Assembly (NCBI GenBank): GCA_951406725.2
Contig: OX597819.1
Location: 47,182,001 to 47,246,000, forward strand
Origin: Octopus vulgaris
Lineage: Eukaryota
DNA: 64,000 nt
Direction: 5' to 3'
This document shows positions 40,051-53,477 of the stretch, piece by piece (positions within the stretch are counted from its first letter, which is position 1; each line of letters begins with the position of its first letter). The position numbers were made by a program, and so were the translations under genes. The notes beneath the pieces are model-generated. The model did not search any database, was not told the DNA's origin, and saw nothing but the letters and a program-made list of their open reading frames with translations.

Positions 40051-40443
40051 AATACATGTTGCTGCGAATGTCGAAGTTCCTGGCAAGCCCGGTTCGTAAT
40101 CTGGTTTCGATTTTGTATACTGACAGGATATACATATTGTTGCGAATGTCGAAGCTCCTGGCAAGCCCGGTTCGTAATCTGGTTTCGATTTTGTATCCTG
40201 ACAGGATATACATGTTGTTGCGAATGTCTAAGCTCCTGGCAAGCCCGGGTCGTAATCTGGTTTCGATTTTGTATCCTGACAGGATATACATGTTGTTGCG
40301 AATGTCGAAGCTCCTGGCAAGCCCGGTTCGTAATCTGGTTTCGATTTATTGTATTCTGACAGGATAAATTCTGTCAGAATACAAAATCGAAACCAGATTA
40401 TGAACCGCGCTTGCCAGGAGCTTCGACATTCGCAACATGTATT
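40051..40443. repeat. Four tandem 78-bp units followed by one inverted unit (foldback)
   Basis: tgcgaatgtc recurs at 40063, 40141, 40219 and 40297; 40369-40443 is the reverse complement of the unit. Confidence 0.95.
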
Positions 40444-41868
40444 TTATATTAACATATCCAAACAAAATGTATTACAGCATTTAGCAATACTCCACGTTTT
40501 GAGTTCAAATCTCGCCAGTAGTCAACTCTGCTTTTATTCTTCTGGGTGTCAATAAAATAAATCCGAGTCAAGCGCTAAGATTGATTAAATCTATAGTAAG
40601 TTCCCTAAAGCTATGTGACTTCATATCTATATATTAGAGATCATATTGATATCAAATTTTGGCACAAATTCAACAATTTCGGGAGAGGTGTAAGTCGATT
40701 ACATTGACCGCGATGCTCAGCTGGTACTTATATTATCGACTCAGAAAGGATAAAAGGCAAAATCGACCCCGGCGGAATTTGAACTCAGAACGTAAAGACG
40801 GACGAAATGCTACTAAGCATTTTGCCCAGTGTGCTAACGATTCAACCAGCTCGCCAATTTGTATTAGAAAAATGATATCAGTTTCAAATTTTGGCACCAG
40901 GAATGCCAATGCTCAACTGGTACTTATTTTATCAACCTCGAAATGATAAAAAGCAAAGTCGACCTCGGCAGAATTTGAACCCAGAACGTAAAGACGGAGG
41001 AGAGGAAATGCCGCTAAGCATTTTACCTGGCGTACTAACGTCTGCCGGTTTGTCACCTTTGTATTAGAGAGATCGTATTAAACAAACGAAACCAGAAAGC
41101 CTTTATTCAGTCGCTCAACCTGCTAGATATAATAGCAAAGCTTCCCTGAATCACAAACCCTACAGTCTTAATATAATGTTGCGGTTCGGCAAAAAAATAA
41201 ACATAAAATAAATACCAAAGTTGAAATACGTACTGGGGTCAATTTGTTCGCTTAAACCCTTCAATGCGGGTGGGTGCCTCATCATGGCCGCAGTCCAATG
41301 AATGAAGCACCTAAACGATTAAAGATAAAAGATATGATGGGAGCCTTTCTATGCGGTCCCCCAACCGCTAGAAACAGGAGATATATCACACACAAATTAC
41401 ACTTTAACGTCTAAAAAAAGAGAACACATTGGATTATATATTCCGAAATACACAATTCTTGAAAAAAAAATTAAGACTGGATCGTCATAGCTGGAATGCC
41501 TTTGATCATTGGTTCCGCTCGATTAAAGCTTAGGATTAAACAAACAACAAGGAAATACATTTCAATACACTGCGTCTGAAAGAAAAAGACGAATTGTTAA
41601 CAGTTTTTGAACGTCTTTGATCTTAAGTTTGCTCCATCAGAGCAGAGTCGAATCTAAACGAACATCATATTTTAAATTAACATAATTTATTTTAATATAT
41701 AAAATAGCTGATAGTGCCAACTGTACACGCGAGAAATTCCGGTGTCATTCAACTAAACACAAGTACGTGTACACAAATTTGTTGGGTTTTTTTTTTCTTT
41801 TTTAACAATATTATTTGGTAGCTTTTATTATTTCTCTTGTCGTCTTGTTATTGTTGATGACGCTGGTG

Positions 41869-41919
<51 letters not shown>

Positions 41920-42535
41920 ATGATGTTTTTGTTGTATTTAATATAGTGAAAGTAATCAGTTTTGCGAACATTGAGGCCATCATAATTCTGAAATCGCTCG
42001 ATGTCCGTCGAATGCAACCAATCGGAACGTAAATGGACAATCGAAAGCAATAGCAAAGCAAGTGGACAGACAAGGGAGAGAGAGAGGGGGAGGGGGAAAG
42101 AGGGAGAGAGAGGAAAACAGAGAAAGAGACAAACAGAGAGTAAATAAACGATGGGTGAAAGGATGAGTTGGTGGGGAAAAAAGACTGTAGAAGGAGGAGA
42201 CAGAGAAAGGAGGGGAGGTCATGTGGTAGAAGAGGAGGAATAGGAGTAGGAGTAGTAGAAAAAGTAGGAGGGCTGGAGTGATGATGAAATACATATTCAG
42301 TTTTAACAGGTTGCTTTTGCTTCTGTGTGCATTACGGGGGGGGGGCGGGTTGAGGGATGTGGTGAAATAAACCCACACGTACATACATCCATACAAACCC
42401 CGACACACACAAACACACACATATCTCTTTATACATAAATATGTGCATACATACACATAGTGAAATGCATATACAGAGAGGGAGTGCGCTGTGAGGAACA
42501 TGTACAGAGATAGAGATAGATTCATATAGAGAGAG

Positions 42536-42635
<100 letters not shown>

Positions 42636-43392
42636 AAGAGCAAGGGAGAGAAAAGCGAAGAGTATGTGTCCTTTGTGAACGGTCCCCCGACGAACATCGT
42701 GTACAGCTTTAGAAACAGCGTAACTCCGCGTGAATAAATTCGGCCATTTGTCCCGATACGGTTGGCTGGCTTTTGAACGCATTCCAAGACTGACAGACCC
42801 CCCAAAGCGAACATAAATCAGTCTGATAATGCTTCAAAACACTGTAGGTTTTCTGACAGCAATCACTTACGGCGAGTTTGCTTCCACAATGGAGACTTTG
42901 CCTAAACACATTACACTCAGCGCAGTGTACTTTTCCGTAAAGTATCGCCGCTGCCTTGATACAAACTCAGTGTGCACATGCGTGTAATTTTCGAAACGCT
43001 TATTTTCTCTATTGGAATATTTAGCCAGGAAATTGATAATAGCTATGTAGAAACGTAGAAAATTACACGAGCATTTTTATTTATTTATTTATTTATTTAT
43101 ATATTGTGTATATACATTTATTTATTTTATGTTGTATATTGTGCATATATATATATATTCTTTTTTATTTATATTCCGCTCATTTTTGTTTTTTATTACT
43201 TTTTATTTTCTCAGTTTTAGTGGAGTTTAGTTTACTTTGTTTATGTGTGTGTGGGTGGGTGTATACACATATATACACACAGTATATATAAACATAAACT
43301 TTGTGTGTGTGTGTATGAAGGACTTCGAAGTTTCACAACGTGTACATTCATTGAAACACTCATTTTTAACTATATAACATATATATCTACCT

Positions 43393-43439
<47 letters not shown>

Positions 43440-43463
43440 TGTGTGTGTATGTATATGTGAATG

Positions 43464-43514
<51 letters not shown>

Positions 43515-43637
43515 GCCCCTATTCTGTATACACGTATTTCATATACGTTTAAGTAAAATATGAATGGATGTTTGTAACGTGTGTAATAATATATCCGTAT
43601 ATGTGTGTATGCGGGTGTCTGTTTATGTATGTATGTG

Positions 43638-43678
<41 letters not shown>

Positions 43679-43989
43679 AGAAATTAAATATAAAATATAA
43701 ATTACAAAGTGGGACAAGAACGCAAAAACACACAAAGAGACGACACAAGAAAACAGACGGGTCACTCGAAGCCTCTAATCTTCAGTCGGGAACTGGATCA
43801 TCTTAGTAATTTCGGCTGTTTAATCTCGATATTACTCCGAACCGGCCAGCCCCAAGAACTAAGCCATAGGCATTAGATTTCTTAGAAAGAGGACGAATGT
43901 ATACGAAACAAAGACAGGATGCCACACAAATATAAATACAAGAAACAAAAATAGAATTAAAAAACAGAAATAAAAAACACGAATGGTGG

Positions 43990-44043
<54 letters not shown>

Positions 44044-45044
44044 TATATATGTACATACACATTACATTTCAAATAAAAAATATCTGTGTAGACGCGTAAA
44101 ATTTCCACAAAAATATATTTCTACGTAAAATACACATACTCACACACACACATCTACGCGTGTATATATGTATATGTAAAACAGCTGTATGTCTAATACA
44201 CGTGTATGTGTATGCATGCGTATATATATATGCATGTGTAATGTATATGTGTGTGGGTGTGTATTTATGTATTTTTAGCCTTCAAAATAGTTCTTGTTTG
44301 GAATCGCTTAATCCATACCTCCCCCTCTCTGTCACACAGACCCTACCGCTCAAACATATACAATGATGCTCTCCCCACTATGCTACGCACATTTCTAATA
44401 ATAAACACAAATCCATACACCATTTACTGACCCCAATTTGACCTTCAAACGAAAAATATATTTTAGCCAAAACTTCACTTCTATCATTCTTACTAATTAC
44501 CATCTTTAAGCACAAACCATATTCCTATAAACCTCTTTCTTCTATAACCAAAATTTTCTGTTCCCCAAAACCACACGCACACCCATAAGAATACGCATGC
44601 ATGTAACTAAATAACATCACGTAACAAAAACAAACAACTAAATTGCGATACAGCCCCCACTCCCACCTCCCCTACTACACACCTATCAGTCAAACCAACT
44701 ACATTTAATACAACCAATATTTTTCAACTGTTACAGGTATGAAGATGAAATAATTAGCCCCTAAGAAACCTTCCAATTCTAACAAATGGTCTTTTGCAAA
44801 CACATTTAGTTCTTTTTTTTTCTTAGCGGTTGTAGTATTTAGTGTATATCTACTTTTCTCGTTTTCCTTAGAAAGGTAAAAGAATTGGATATACCTAAAT
44901 GAAATACATCTGTTACTTGACTTTTAATTTTAATTGCGACAATTGTTTTAACTTGGTGCATTTTTTATCCTTTTTTGTCTTGTGGGTGTGTACATAATGC
45001 ATATATATATATATATATATAAGCAGGTAGTAATTTTACCTTGT

Positions 45045-46168
45045 CCTTTTTTTAAATGCAAGATTTGAAGAGTGCAGTTCGATTTTAACAGTTATTTTTC
45101 AAAGCTATAATAGAAATGACAAAGGAGCATATTCGGCATGTTTTGCGTTACGAGTTCAATAAAGGCAACAACGCAACAGAAAGTGCGAGGAATATTAATG
45201 CAGTATATGGGGATCGGACAATAAGAGTAAGCCAGTGTCAATGGTGGTTTCGTAAATTCCAAGCCGGAAACTACAGCCTAGAAGACGAACCGCGTCCTGG
45301 AAGATCTGTAGCGCTCGACTAGGACGTCCTGCAAACCCTGGTGGAACAAAATGCCATCGTAACTGTAGAGGAACTAGCAGAGAAGTTTCTATTTAGTCAT
45401 TCAACACATCGATACCCGCATGCCATCAGAAAAGTCAGCAAATTGGGTCAATGGGTTCTTCACAAACTTACCGAGTCTAATCGCGCGCAGGGAGTGAATG
45501 TGTGCTCTTCTTTGCTGTCACATCTCGCGAATGAACCTTTTTTGGACCGTACAATGACTGGTGACGAGAAACGGGTTCTCTATGAAAATGTCAAGCGCCG
45601 AAAACAGTGGGTAGGGAAAGGAGAAACACCGGCAACCCAAGCTAAAAAAAAAGGTCTTCGCCCATGTAAGGTGTTATCTGTTTGATGGGGTATGAAAGGT
45701 TTAGTCCACTTTCAACTTTTAAACCCAAACCAAACGATAACAGAGGAGATTATAGTCCATAGTCAGTGCTAGAAGAAAAACGACCAAGGGCGTTCCTCCA
45801 TCAGGAAAATGCTCGGCCACATACAGCGCGGATGACATTCTAAAGGCTGGAGCAGTTTGAATGGGAAACGATGCCCCACCCACCATATTCGCCGGACATT
45901 GCCCCATCTGATTATCATTTATCCCGTAATTTTCAAAACCATTTGGACGGAAAAAATATGAATTCTGTGGACGAGGTCAGAACAGTTCTGAGGAGTATTT
46001 TCAGCACGGACAAGGGAATTTTGGAAGAGGAGCCTTGCAAGTCAACCAGATAGATGGAAGAGCATTGTAGAAAATGAAGGAGAGTATATTTTAGATTTAA
46101 AAAAGAACTTTATCTTAATTTTGAAAAATAAAAGACGTATAAAATAACCGCATTATGGGATGACCCAA
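45045..46168 (+). mobile_element. mariner (DD34D) transposon with pseudogenised transposase
   Basis: HTH KEHIRHVLRYEFNKGNNATESARNI..WFRKF..LEDEPRPGR, TGDEK, HQENARPH, HPPYSPDIAPSDYHL; stops and frameshifts; right TIR ..gcattatgggatgacccaa|TA; left TIR not seen. Confidence 0.92.
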
Positions 46169-47149
46169 TATATACATGCACGCTCACACATACTCGTGTG
46201 TGTGTGATGCTTATGTAATAAAGTTCGTCTCGCAACTACGTCATTTCGGGTTCGCTTCTACTGGGAGGCCCAAGTTGTTAGGCACAGGATCCAACCCGAA
46301 AATGGGTTACAACGACTTTGAGGGCAAGGTTGATCTTCCAACTGCTGTTGCACCTTTATTAAAAGCAACGCTTTTTAAAACCTTTTTTGTCATGAAGCAA
46401 AGTAGTGCCCATGACCTGTTACCAAGGCTTTACGACTGGTGATAGGGAAACTTACGGGGGAAAGGTACCCTCATGCTAGAGACCCGAACTGATCCAAATG
46501 CTTGCAACAGAGCGGGCTCTGCTGAGGACACCCAGTATGTCATATGGTGCTGTTAAACTAGACAACAATTACAACCTTAGTAGACTATGGCAGGATCTGA
46601 ACTCCGGACGCAAAGATCTGTAACAAATATTGGTTTCAAATTCTGGCAGAGGGCCAGCATGTTCGGGGGATGGGGGAAATCGATTACATCGATCCCAGTG
46701 TTCAACTGGTACTTGTGCTTAACGATCCTGACAGCTCGCCGTCAGCTATAACAAATATTTCAAGGCATCCAGTCAGACATTCAGACAGTTCCACTAATCC
46801 AACACACTGGATTGGTATCTATTAATTTAATCAAGTCCGAAAGGACGAAAGGCAAATTTGATCTCAGTGGAATATGAACGCAGAGGATCAGAACTATCCC
46901 GCGTTCTACCGACTGGGCCAATTCAGCTATGAATATGAAGCGATAAATTAAGTGGTTTTTCTCTTTTGCTTGGGAGATTTTTGCAAGCCATTGGATCCTG
47001 CAAACTTCACAAATAGAGGATTTTTATATCTCCTACCAAAGCTGCTTTTGTTTCCATAAATGAGTAAGTTATCAGTATATTTGGTAGCTAAACAGTCACT
47101 TATAAAAGCATTGGTCCCTGCTATGACGAAGACGACCAATACAATTATC

Positions 47150-47560
47150 CAGAGTTCCTAAACGGCAACGACTTTGGTCAAACACCTCTCCATACTTTAA
47201 CCGTGAAAAAGAGATGCTTTATAAAGCTCGTGAAATTTAAATAAGGCTACAAAACTTGGCAATGAAACAACAATTAAATTAACCCATACATAATAACGCA
47301 TGATTGGAGGCCACTTGTTACAGAATGAAAAACATGTTATTGTGCCAAGAACTAAACCGAGATATTGATACCAATTTTATAATAGGACCTTACGCGATTA
47401 CAGTTTCCAGTTGGAATGTCTTTAGCAATGAGACTGCATGCAAAATTTTAAAGTAAACTACTTCTGCTCATCTCAAATGATCCATTTGCGAATGGTCGGT
47501 GCTATGTAACTTTGTCAAGAACTACACCGGCTACTGGATTTGCTTCAGATACTGTCTGAA
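47150..47560 (+). mobile_element. Ancient Helitron PIF1-helicase C-terminal remnant
   Basis: Across frameshifts: TPLHTLTVKK, KLGNET, KHVIVPRT, RLQFPVGMSLAM, PFANGRCYVTLSRTT. These match, in order, PPHxLxLK / LCNGT / VLIPRI / RxQFPVRLAFAM / FSHGQLYVALSR. Confidence 0.7.
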
Positions 47561-47939
47561 AATAAAATAAGACAGTGTGGTCATATTTAGACTCCCTCTC
47601 ATTACAGGCTGCTGATTCAGGAATAAACATGGGGATGAGAGCAAGCATCATCATCATCATCGTTTTAACGTCCATTTTTCGATGCTGGCATGGATCGGAC
47701 GGGGTTTATTGAGGTAAGACAGATTTTCTATAGTCTGATGCCTTCCCTGTCACCAACCCTTAACTGTTTCCAAGCAAACTAATAATTTCCCCATAAACCA
47801 AATGTTTTTGCATGGAAGCTTGGAAATGAAGTGCTTGTTAACAGAATATTAAAAACGAATGACAATCATTTACAACAACCATACGATGTCAAGATAAGGC
47901 GACGCACAAACACACACACATCATCATCGTTTAACGACG

Positions 47940-48157
47940 TTATTCCATGCTGGCATGGGATGGACGGTTTGAAAGCAGCTGACCGGCCAAAGAGCCGCAC
48001 CAGGTTCCAATTATCTGTTTTGACATAGTTTCTACAGCTGATCCACCCCCTCTGCCACCCCCGTTGTATCCACAACCACGACCCCTGCCTCCGCCGAATC
48101 CACCCCTGCCACCACCTCTGCCTCCGCCAGGACCACCCCTCCCACGACCACCACGAC
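47940..48157 (-). CDS. GAR1: Duplicated GAR1 last exon (candidate alternative terminal exon): shorter GAR domain plus repeat-derived tail
   Basis: Same acceptor ttgtattttgcag and same phase as 49109; open to TAA at 47940; AATAAA at 47705-47710. Confidence 0.45.
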
Positions 48158-48459
48158 CTGCAAAATACAAAAAAAAAGGATAAAAATAAAAGCCAGAGTG
48201 TAGTGGATGCTTTTCAAGTGGCACCAGCACCAGTGCTATCATGTGGCACAGTCACGGGCGCTTTTTATAAGGTATGGCACACACACACACACACAATTTT
48301 TTAATTCTTTTACTTGTTTCAGTCATTTGACTGCGACCCTGCTGGAGCACCGCCATATATATATATTTGAGTTTCAACAGTATTTCCATTTAATAAAGGC
48401 TTTGCTTGACCCACAGCTATAGTAAAAGTCACTTACCCAAGATGCAATGGAACTGAACA

Positions 48460-48780
48460 ATCATCATCATCATCATCGTTTAACGTCCGTTTTCCGCGCT
48501 AGCTCGGGTTGGACGGTTCGACCGGGGTCTGGGAAGCCAGGGGCTGCACCAGGCTCCAGTCTGATCTGGCAGTGTTTCTACAGCTGGATGCCCTTCCTAA
48601 CGCCAACCACTCCGCAAGTGTAGTGGGTGCTTTTTACGTGCCACCGGCACAGGTGCCAGGGGAGTCTGGCATCGGCCACGATCGGTTGGTGCTTTTAACG
48701 TGTCACCGGCACAGAAGCCAGTCAAGGCGGCGCTGGCATCGGCCATGTTCAGATGGTGCTTTTTATGTGCCACCGGCACA
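48460..48780 (-). mobile_element. SINE/LINE-tail family C with (GAT)n tail and internal ggtgctttttacgtgccaccggcac repeats
   Basis: catcatcgtttaacgtccgttttccgcgctagc..ggttggacgg..; related copies at 47921-48270, 49310-49750, 49775-50072, 58207-58810 and 60595-60930. Confidence 0.8.
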
Positions 48781-48834
48781 ACAAATAAAATTATAAGCAA
48801 ACAACAAGAGGGTTTTTAAGAATATATTTTTCTC

Positions 48835-48840
48835 TTTATT
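48835..48840 (-). terminator. Polyadenylation signal of GAR1
   Basis: AATAAA ~46 nt downstream of the TAG at 48886. Confidence 0.6.
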
Positions 48841-48885
48841 ATATAAAAGTGTTCCCATTATGTACAAAAATATGGTCCAAAAATC

Positions 48886-49109
48886 CTAATACCTCCCACG
48901 TTTGAAACCGCCACCCCCTCTGCTGAAACCCCCACCCCTACCACCTCGACCCCCATTGTATCCACCACCACCACCACGACCTCTGCCTCCACCAAATCCA
49001 CCTCTGCCTCCGCCGAATCCACCCCTGCCACCACCTCTGCCTCCACCGAATCCACCCCTGCCACCACCTCTGCCTCCGCCAGGACCACCTCTTCCACGGC
49101 CACCACGAC
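48886..49109 (-). CDS. GAR1: GAR1 last coding exon (C-terminal Gly/Arg-rich domain)
   Basis: Acceptor ttgtattttgcag; phase-1 join with the 63543 exon gives ..RGGGR-G-RGGRGRGGPGGGRGGGRGGFGG..FKRGRY*. Confidence 0.9.
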
Positions 49110-52100
49110 CTGCAAAATACAAAAAAAAAGGGGGTAAAAACAAAAGTCAATATTCAAATGTTTACAGAGAACAATAAATGGCAATCTTTCGGAGAAAGTA
49201 TATCAAAACTGAAAGTATTCGGCAATTTCTATAAAAAATTATGTTAATTTTTTTTATCAGCTGTTTATGTATTTTTTGTGTATGTATATTTGTGCCGAAA
49301 TAAAATTCAATGACTGGCAACCATGCTAGTGGAGCACTAAGAGTACCATCCAGGCGTGATCATTGCCAGAGCAACAAACTGGCTTCCATGCCGGTAGCAC
49401 GTAAAAAGCACCATTCAAGCGTGATCATTACCTGCATCACCTTACTGGCATTTGAAAAAACATTCAAGCGAGGTCGTTGCCAGTGCCGCTGAACTGGCTC
49501 CTGTGCAGGTGACACATAAAAAGCACTATTTGAGCGTGGCCGTTGCCAGTACTGCCTGACTGGCCCTCGTGCTGGTGGCACGTAAAAGAACCCACTACAC
49601 TCTCGGAGTGGTTGGCGTTAGGGAAGGCATCCAGCTGTAGAAACTCTGCCAGATCAGATTGGAGCCAGGTGCAGCTATCTGGTTCGCCAGTCTTCAAGTC
49701 AAATCGTCCAACCCATGCTAGCATGGAAAGCGGACATTAAACGATGATGTTGATGATATATATATATATATATCATCATCATCATCATTTAACGTCCGTT
49801 TTCCGCGCTAGCATGGGTTGGACGGTTCGACCGGAGTCTGGGAAGCCAGGGCTGCACCAGGCTCCAGTCTGATCTGGCAGTGTTTCTACAGCTGGATGCC
49901 CTTCCTAACGCCAACCACTCCGCGAGTGTAGTGGGTGCTTTTTACGTGCTACCTGCACAGGTGCCAGGGGGGGGGGTCTGGCATCGGCCACGATCAGTTG
50001 GTGCTTTTAACATGCCATCGGCACGGAAGCCAGCCAAGGCGGCGCTGGCATCGGCCACGTTCGGATGGTGCTTATATATATTTGTGTATAAGAGATAAGA
50101 CATAAGGGAAACATGTTACCTTTGCCATGAAGCAGACACGAGTATGGTTGAGAAGCATGCTTCCAAAACATGTGGTCTCAGATTCAGTCCCACTTAGTGA
50201 CACCTTGGGCAAGTGTCGTGCCTTCAACATAACCTCGGTCAACCAAAGCCACGTAAGTGGGTTCAATAGACAAAAACTGAAAGCCAGTACTGTGTGTGCG
50301 TGTGTGTACTCTAGTCTTGACATCATGTGATGTTTGTAAACAAGAAATATTGTCATACAAGCAATGTTGCTCATTTCCAAGGTTCCGTGTCTGGCCCTTG
50401 GAGAAATATCACCTTGCTTGGAAACAGGCACAGGTTTGTAACAGGAAGGGCACCCAGCCATAGAAAATCTGCCACAACAAAATTCTGCCCAACACATGCA
50501 AGCATGGAAAGGTGAATGTTGGATGATGATGGTGATGATGATGACAATGAAGTGGAAGTAAAAGAACTGGATAACATTAGGAAAGATTTTTAAAATGAGA
50601 CAAGTTGATTAAGAAGTATGTTTTTGTAGTTGCTGTTTAGCACTAGCTCAGCCCTGACTGGGCAGAATTATGAGCAAAAGCAATTCAAATGACAATGCTG
50701 TCCATGTTTCAAACATTAAGCATCTATATCTATAAAAGGCAGGATGTGTGTGTGTACGTGAATGTACTTTATGCATGTCCAAAAATTAGCGTGCATGTTG
50801 CTCCACTTTTAGGACATTGGTTACAACCATGGCTGTGCTTTTGTCAACTTATTTTTCCTGAGGCACCCCTGGATAGCGGTAAAAATAGTTTTTCAACCAT
50901 GACTTTTACCAATTTTCACATCGGTGAAATCTGTAAGTTATAGATTAATTCACCCTACTACAATGCCTCTGAAAAAAATTAGATTTGGACTACCTAAGCA
51001 ATCTCAGCATAGGAAAAGAGAAAGACCTGAAAAGACTGACTATCAGCAGACCATTTGTAAAATATAACTTTTTGGGCCGAAACCTGGCAATAAGAGCTTG
51101 CAAATATTCAGCAACAAAACATTCAATAATATCAAAGCAGTAACTTTCATAAATCAGGGTATAATTTTTGAAGACTGGTCCAACCAATATCAGCATGTAA
51201 GACCAATATTGAATAATATTTTTTTAATGTGTCCTTCCCTTTTCAAGACAATAGAATGTACTTTGAGGAAGAATCTGCTCTATTTCTAGCAAATCAAGTG
51301 ACCACATAAAGGCATCGTTGTTGATTCTTATATATGTGTGTGTGTGTGGAAACATATGAAATGAGACATTTTGGTACAATTATTCAGATGCAAACGACTT
51401 GGCACAGCTGGCTGAGCATTCAGCCTCTTTTGACAGCAGTACTTTTTTTTATATTAGGGGCAAACATATGGCAGCGAGCTGGCAAAATCATTAGCATGCT
51501 GGGCAAAATGCTTAGTGGTATTTCACCCATCTTCATGTTCTGAGTTCAAATTCTGCCATGGTCGACTTTGCCTTTCATCCTTTCGGCGTCGATAAATTAA
51601 GTACCAGTTAAATGATGGGGATCGATATAATCAAGTAGTCCTCTCCCATAAATTTCAGGCCTTGTGCCTATTGTAGAAAGGGTTTTGGAGGCACACATGT
51701 ACACATGCAAAAATTTACACATAGAGTAAAAGAATGAGGGGGGGGGATATGTTGGGAAGGACAGAGGGGAAAGAAACACTACACTTTATCATATGAACAC
51801 AGATGACATACACAATCTCTCTCCTCATATGCATAAAGAGAAATGTGCACATACACGTATAAACAAAGAGAGAGAGAAAGAGAGAAGTGGGAGAAGAATG
51901 AGAAAAGCATTAAAAATGTTTGATGTGAAATAAGTCAGCATTGGATCAGTGGCACCAAAATGGATAATCTACAACGTTTCTTACCCAAGTATATACATAT
52001 GTGAGTCTACCAGGGCACATGGCCTAATGGTTAGGATGTTGCACTCATGATCCCGAGATCATGGTTTCAATTCCTGGATTGGGTAGTGCTTTGTGTCCTT

Positions 52101-52283
52101 GAGCAAAAGCACTCCATTTCACATTACTCAATGATCACTTCGACACTTGACATGTGATACACTGTGCACCTGTTCAAAAGTTGACTTGATGAAGGGAGTG
52201 AGCTATTGTGCAGCACATGCATTCGGTCGTTTGTGCATGTTGTTCAACAGGAAATTGCAGAACCATTTTGCTTAGACTATGTG

Positions 52284-52762
52284 AGACAACCAACATATGC
52301 TTATAGTTTAATTGAATCAACATGAAATGTTAAAATTGGGTCAACTAGAAACGTCAAATCTATATGAAAGGTTTCGTACTATATCAATGGCTAGGGTTAC
52401 TGGGTTTAAATTAACTACAGTGATTTTAAATTTATAATCACTAAGAAGGGCAGTCATATCAATATGAACATTGCTGTATAGAACCCAGGGGGAAATTTAA
52501 ACTCAAAACTACAAGACAACCAACATATGCATATAGTTTAATTGAATTAACGTGAAATGTTAAAATTGGGTCAACTAGAAATGTCAAATCTATATGAAAG
52601 GTTTCGTACAGCCAGCTTCATAGAAAGACAACTATATCAATGGCTAGGGTTACTGGCTTTAAATTAACTATCAGTGATTTTAAATTTATAACCACTAAGA
52701 AGTGCAGTAATATCAGTATGAGGACCACTGCATAGAACCCAGGTGGGATTTGAACTCAAAAT
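52284..52762. repeat. ~230-250-bp tandem duplication in the GAR1 intron
   Basis: agacaaccaacatatgc..tgggtcaactagaaa..tagaacccagg..aactcaaaa occurs twice; the second copy has an extra ~22 bp. Confidence 0.85.
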
Positions 52763-53335
52763 GTATAGGAATGAAACTAAATAGCACAAAACATTAGTAA
52801 AGGTTTATAATCCCAGATGAAACACTCACAAGTATGCATATGCCATAGACAGAAGAGATGTATGCTGGAAGCATAAGGTGTAAGCTTGCATTTGGGCCCT
52901 TCACCCAATACGTGCATGCAATATGCCCCTGTTATGTCTACACCAGGTGTTCCCACACACCTCATCTCACACAGATAGACAGATGGATGGATGGATGGAT
53001 GGACAGACAGACATATATAGATGGATGGACGGATTGATGGATAGCCAAAGATAGAAAGATCAATAGTTATTGATGGATGGATGGATGGTTGGATAGATGT
53101 AGGAAAATAGACAGATTGATAAAAAGTGGAGGATAAAATCAACAGAGCTTTGGACAAAATGCACAATGCTGCTTAGTTTTGCTTCTTAATGATTTCAAAC
53201 ATTTCCCAAGTTCAGTCTGCTTTTTAAGGGCTATGAAATTCATATTGGGGTCAATGCATTCACCTTCACCCTAAAGGGAAGTGCCCCCAGGAGTACATAA
53301 TCACTTGAATGAAAACAAAAACAGAACATGCACAC

Positions 53336-53372
<37 letters not shown>

Positions 53373-53415
53373 CATGCACACACACATACACATACATATA
53401 TATACATATCCAAAA

Positions 53416-53477
<62 letters not shown>

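Noticed and set aside
40006-40367. Cys-rich repeated ORFs and CRISPR-like appearance of the 78-bp array
   Set aside because: Frames stay open because the unit is a multiple of 3; no unique spacers, no cas genes, eukaryotic context
48886-49109. Fibrillarin or nucleolin as source of the GAR exon
   Set aside because: The GAR tract is C-terminal and splices in phase to the Gar1-specific IDPxKLLPLxRFL exon
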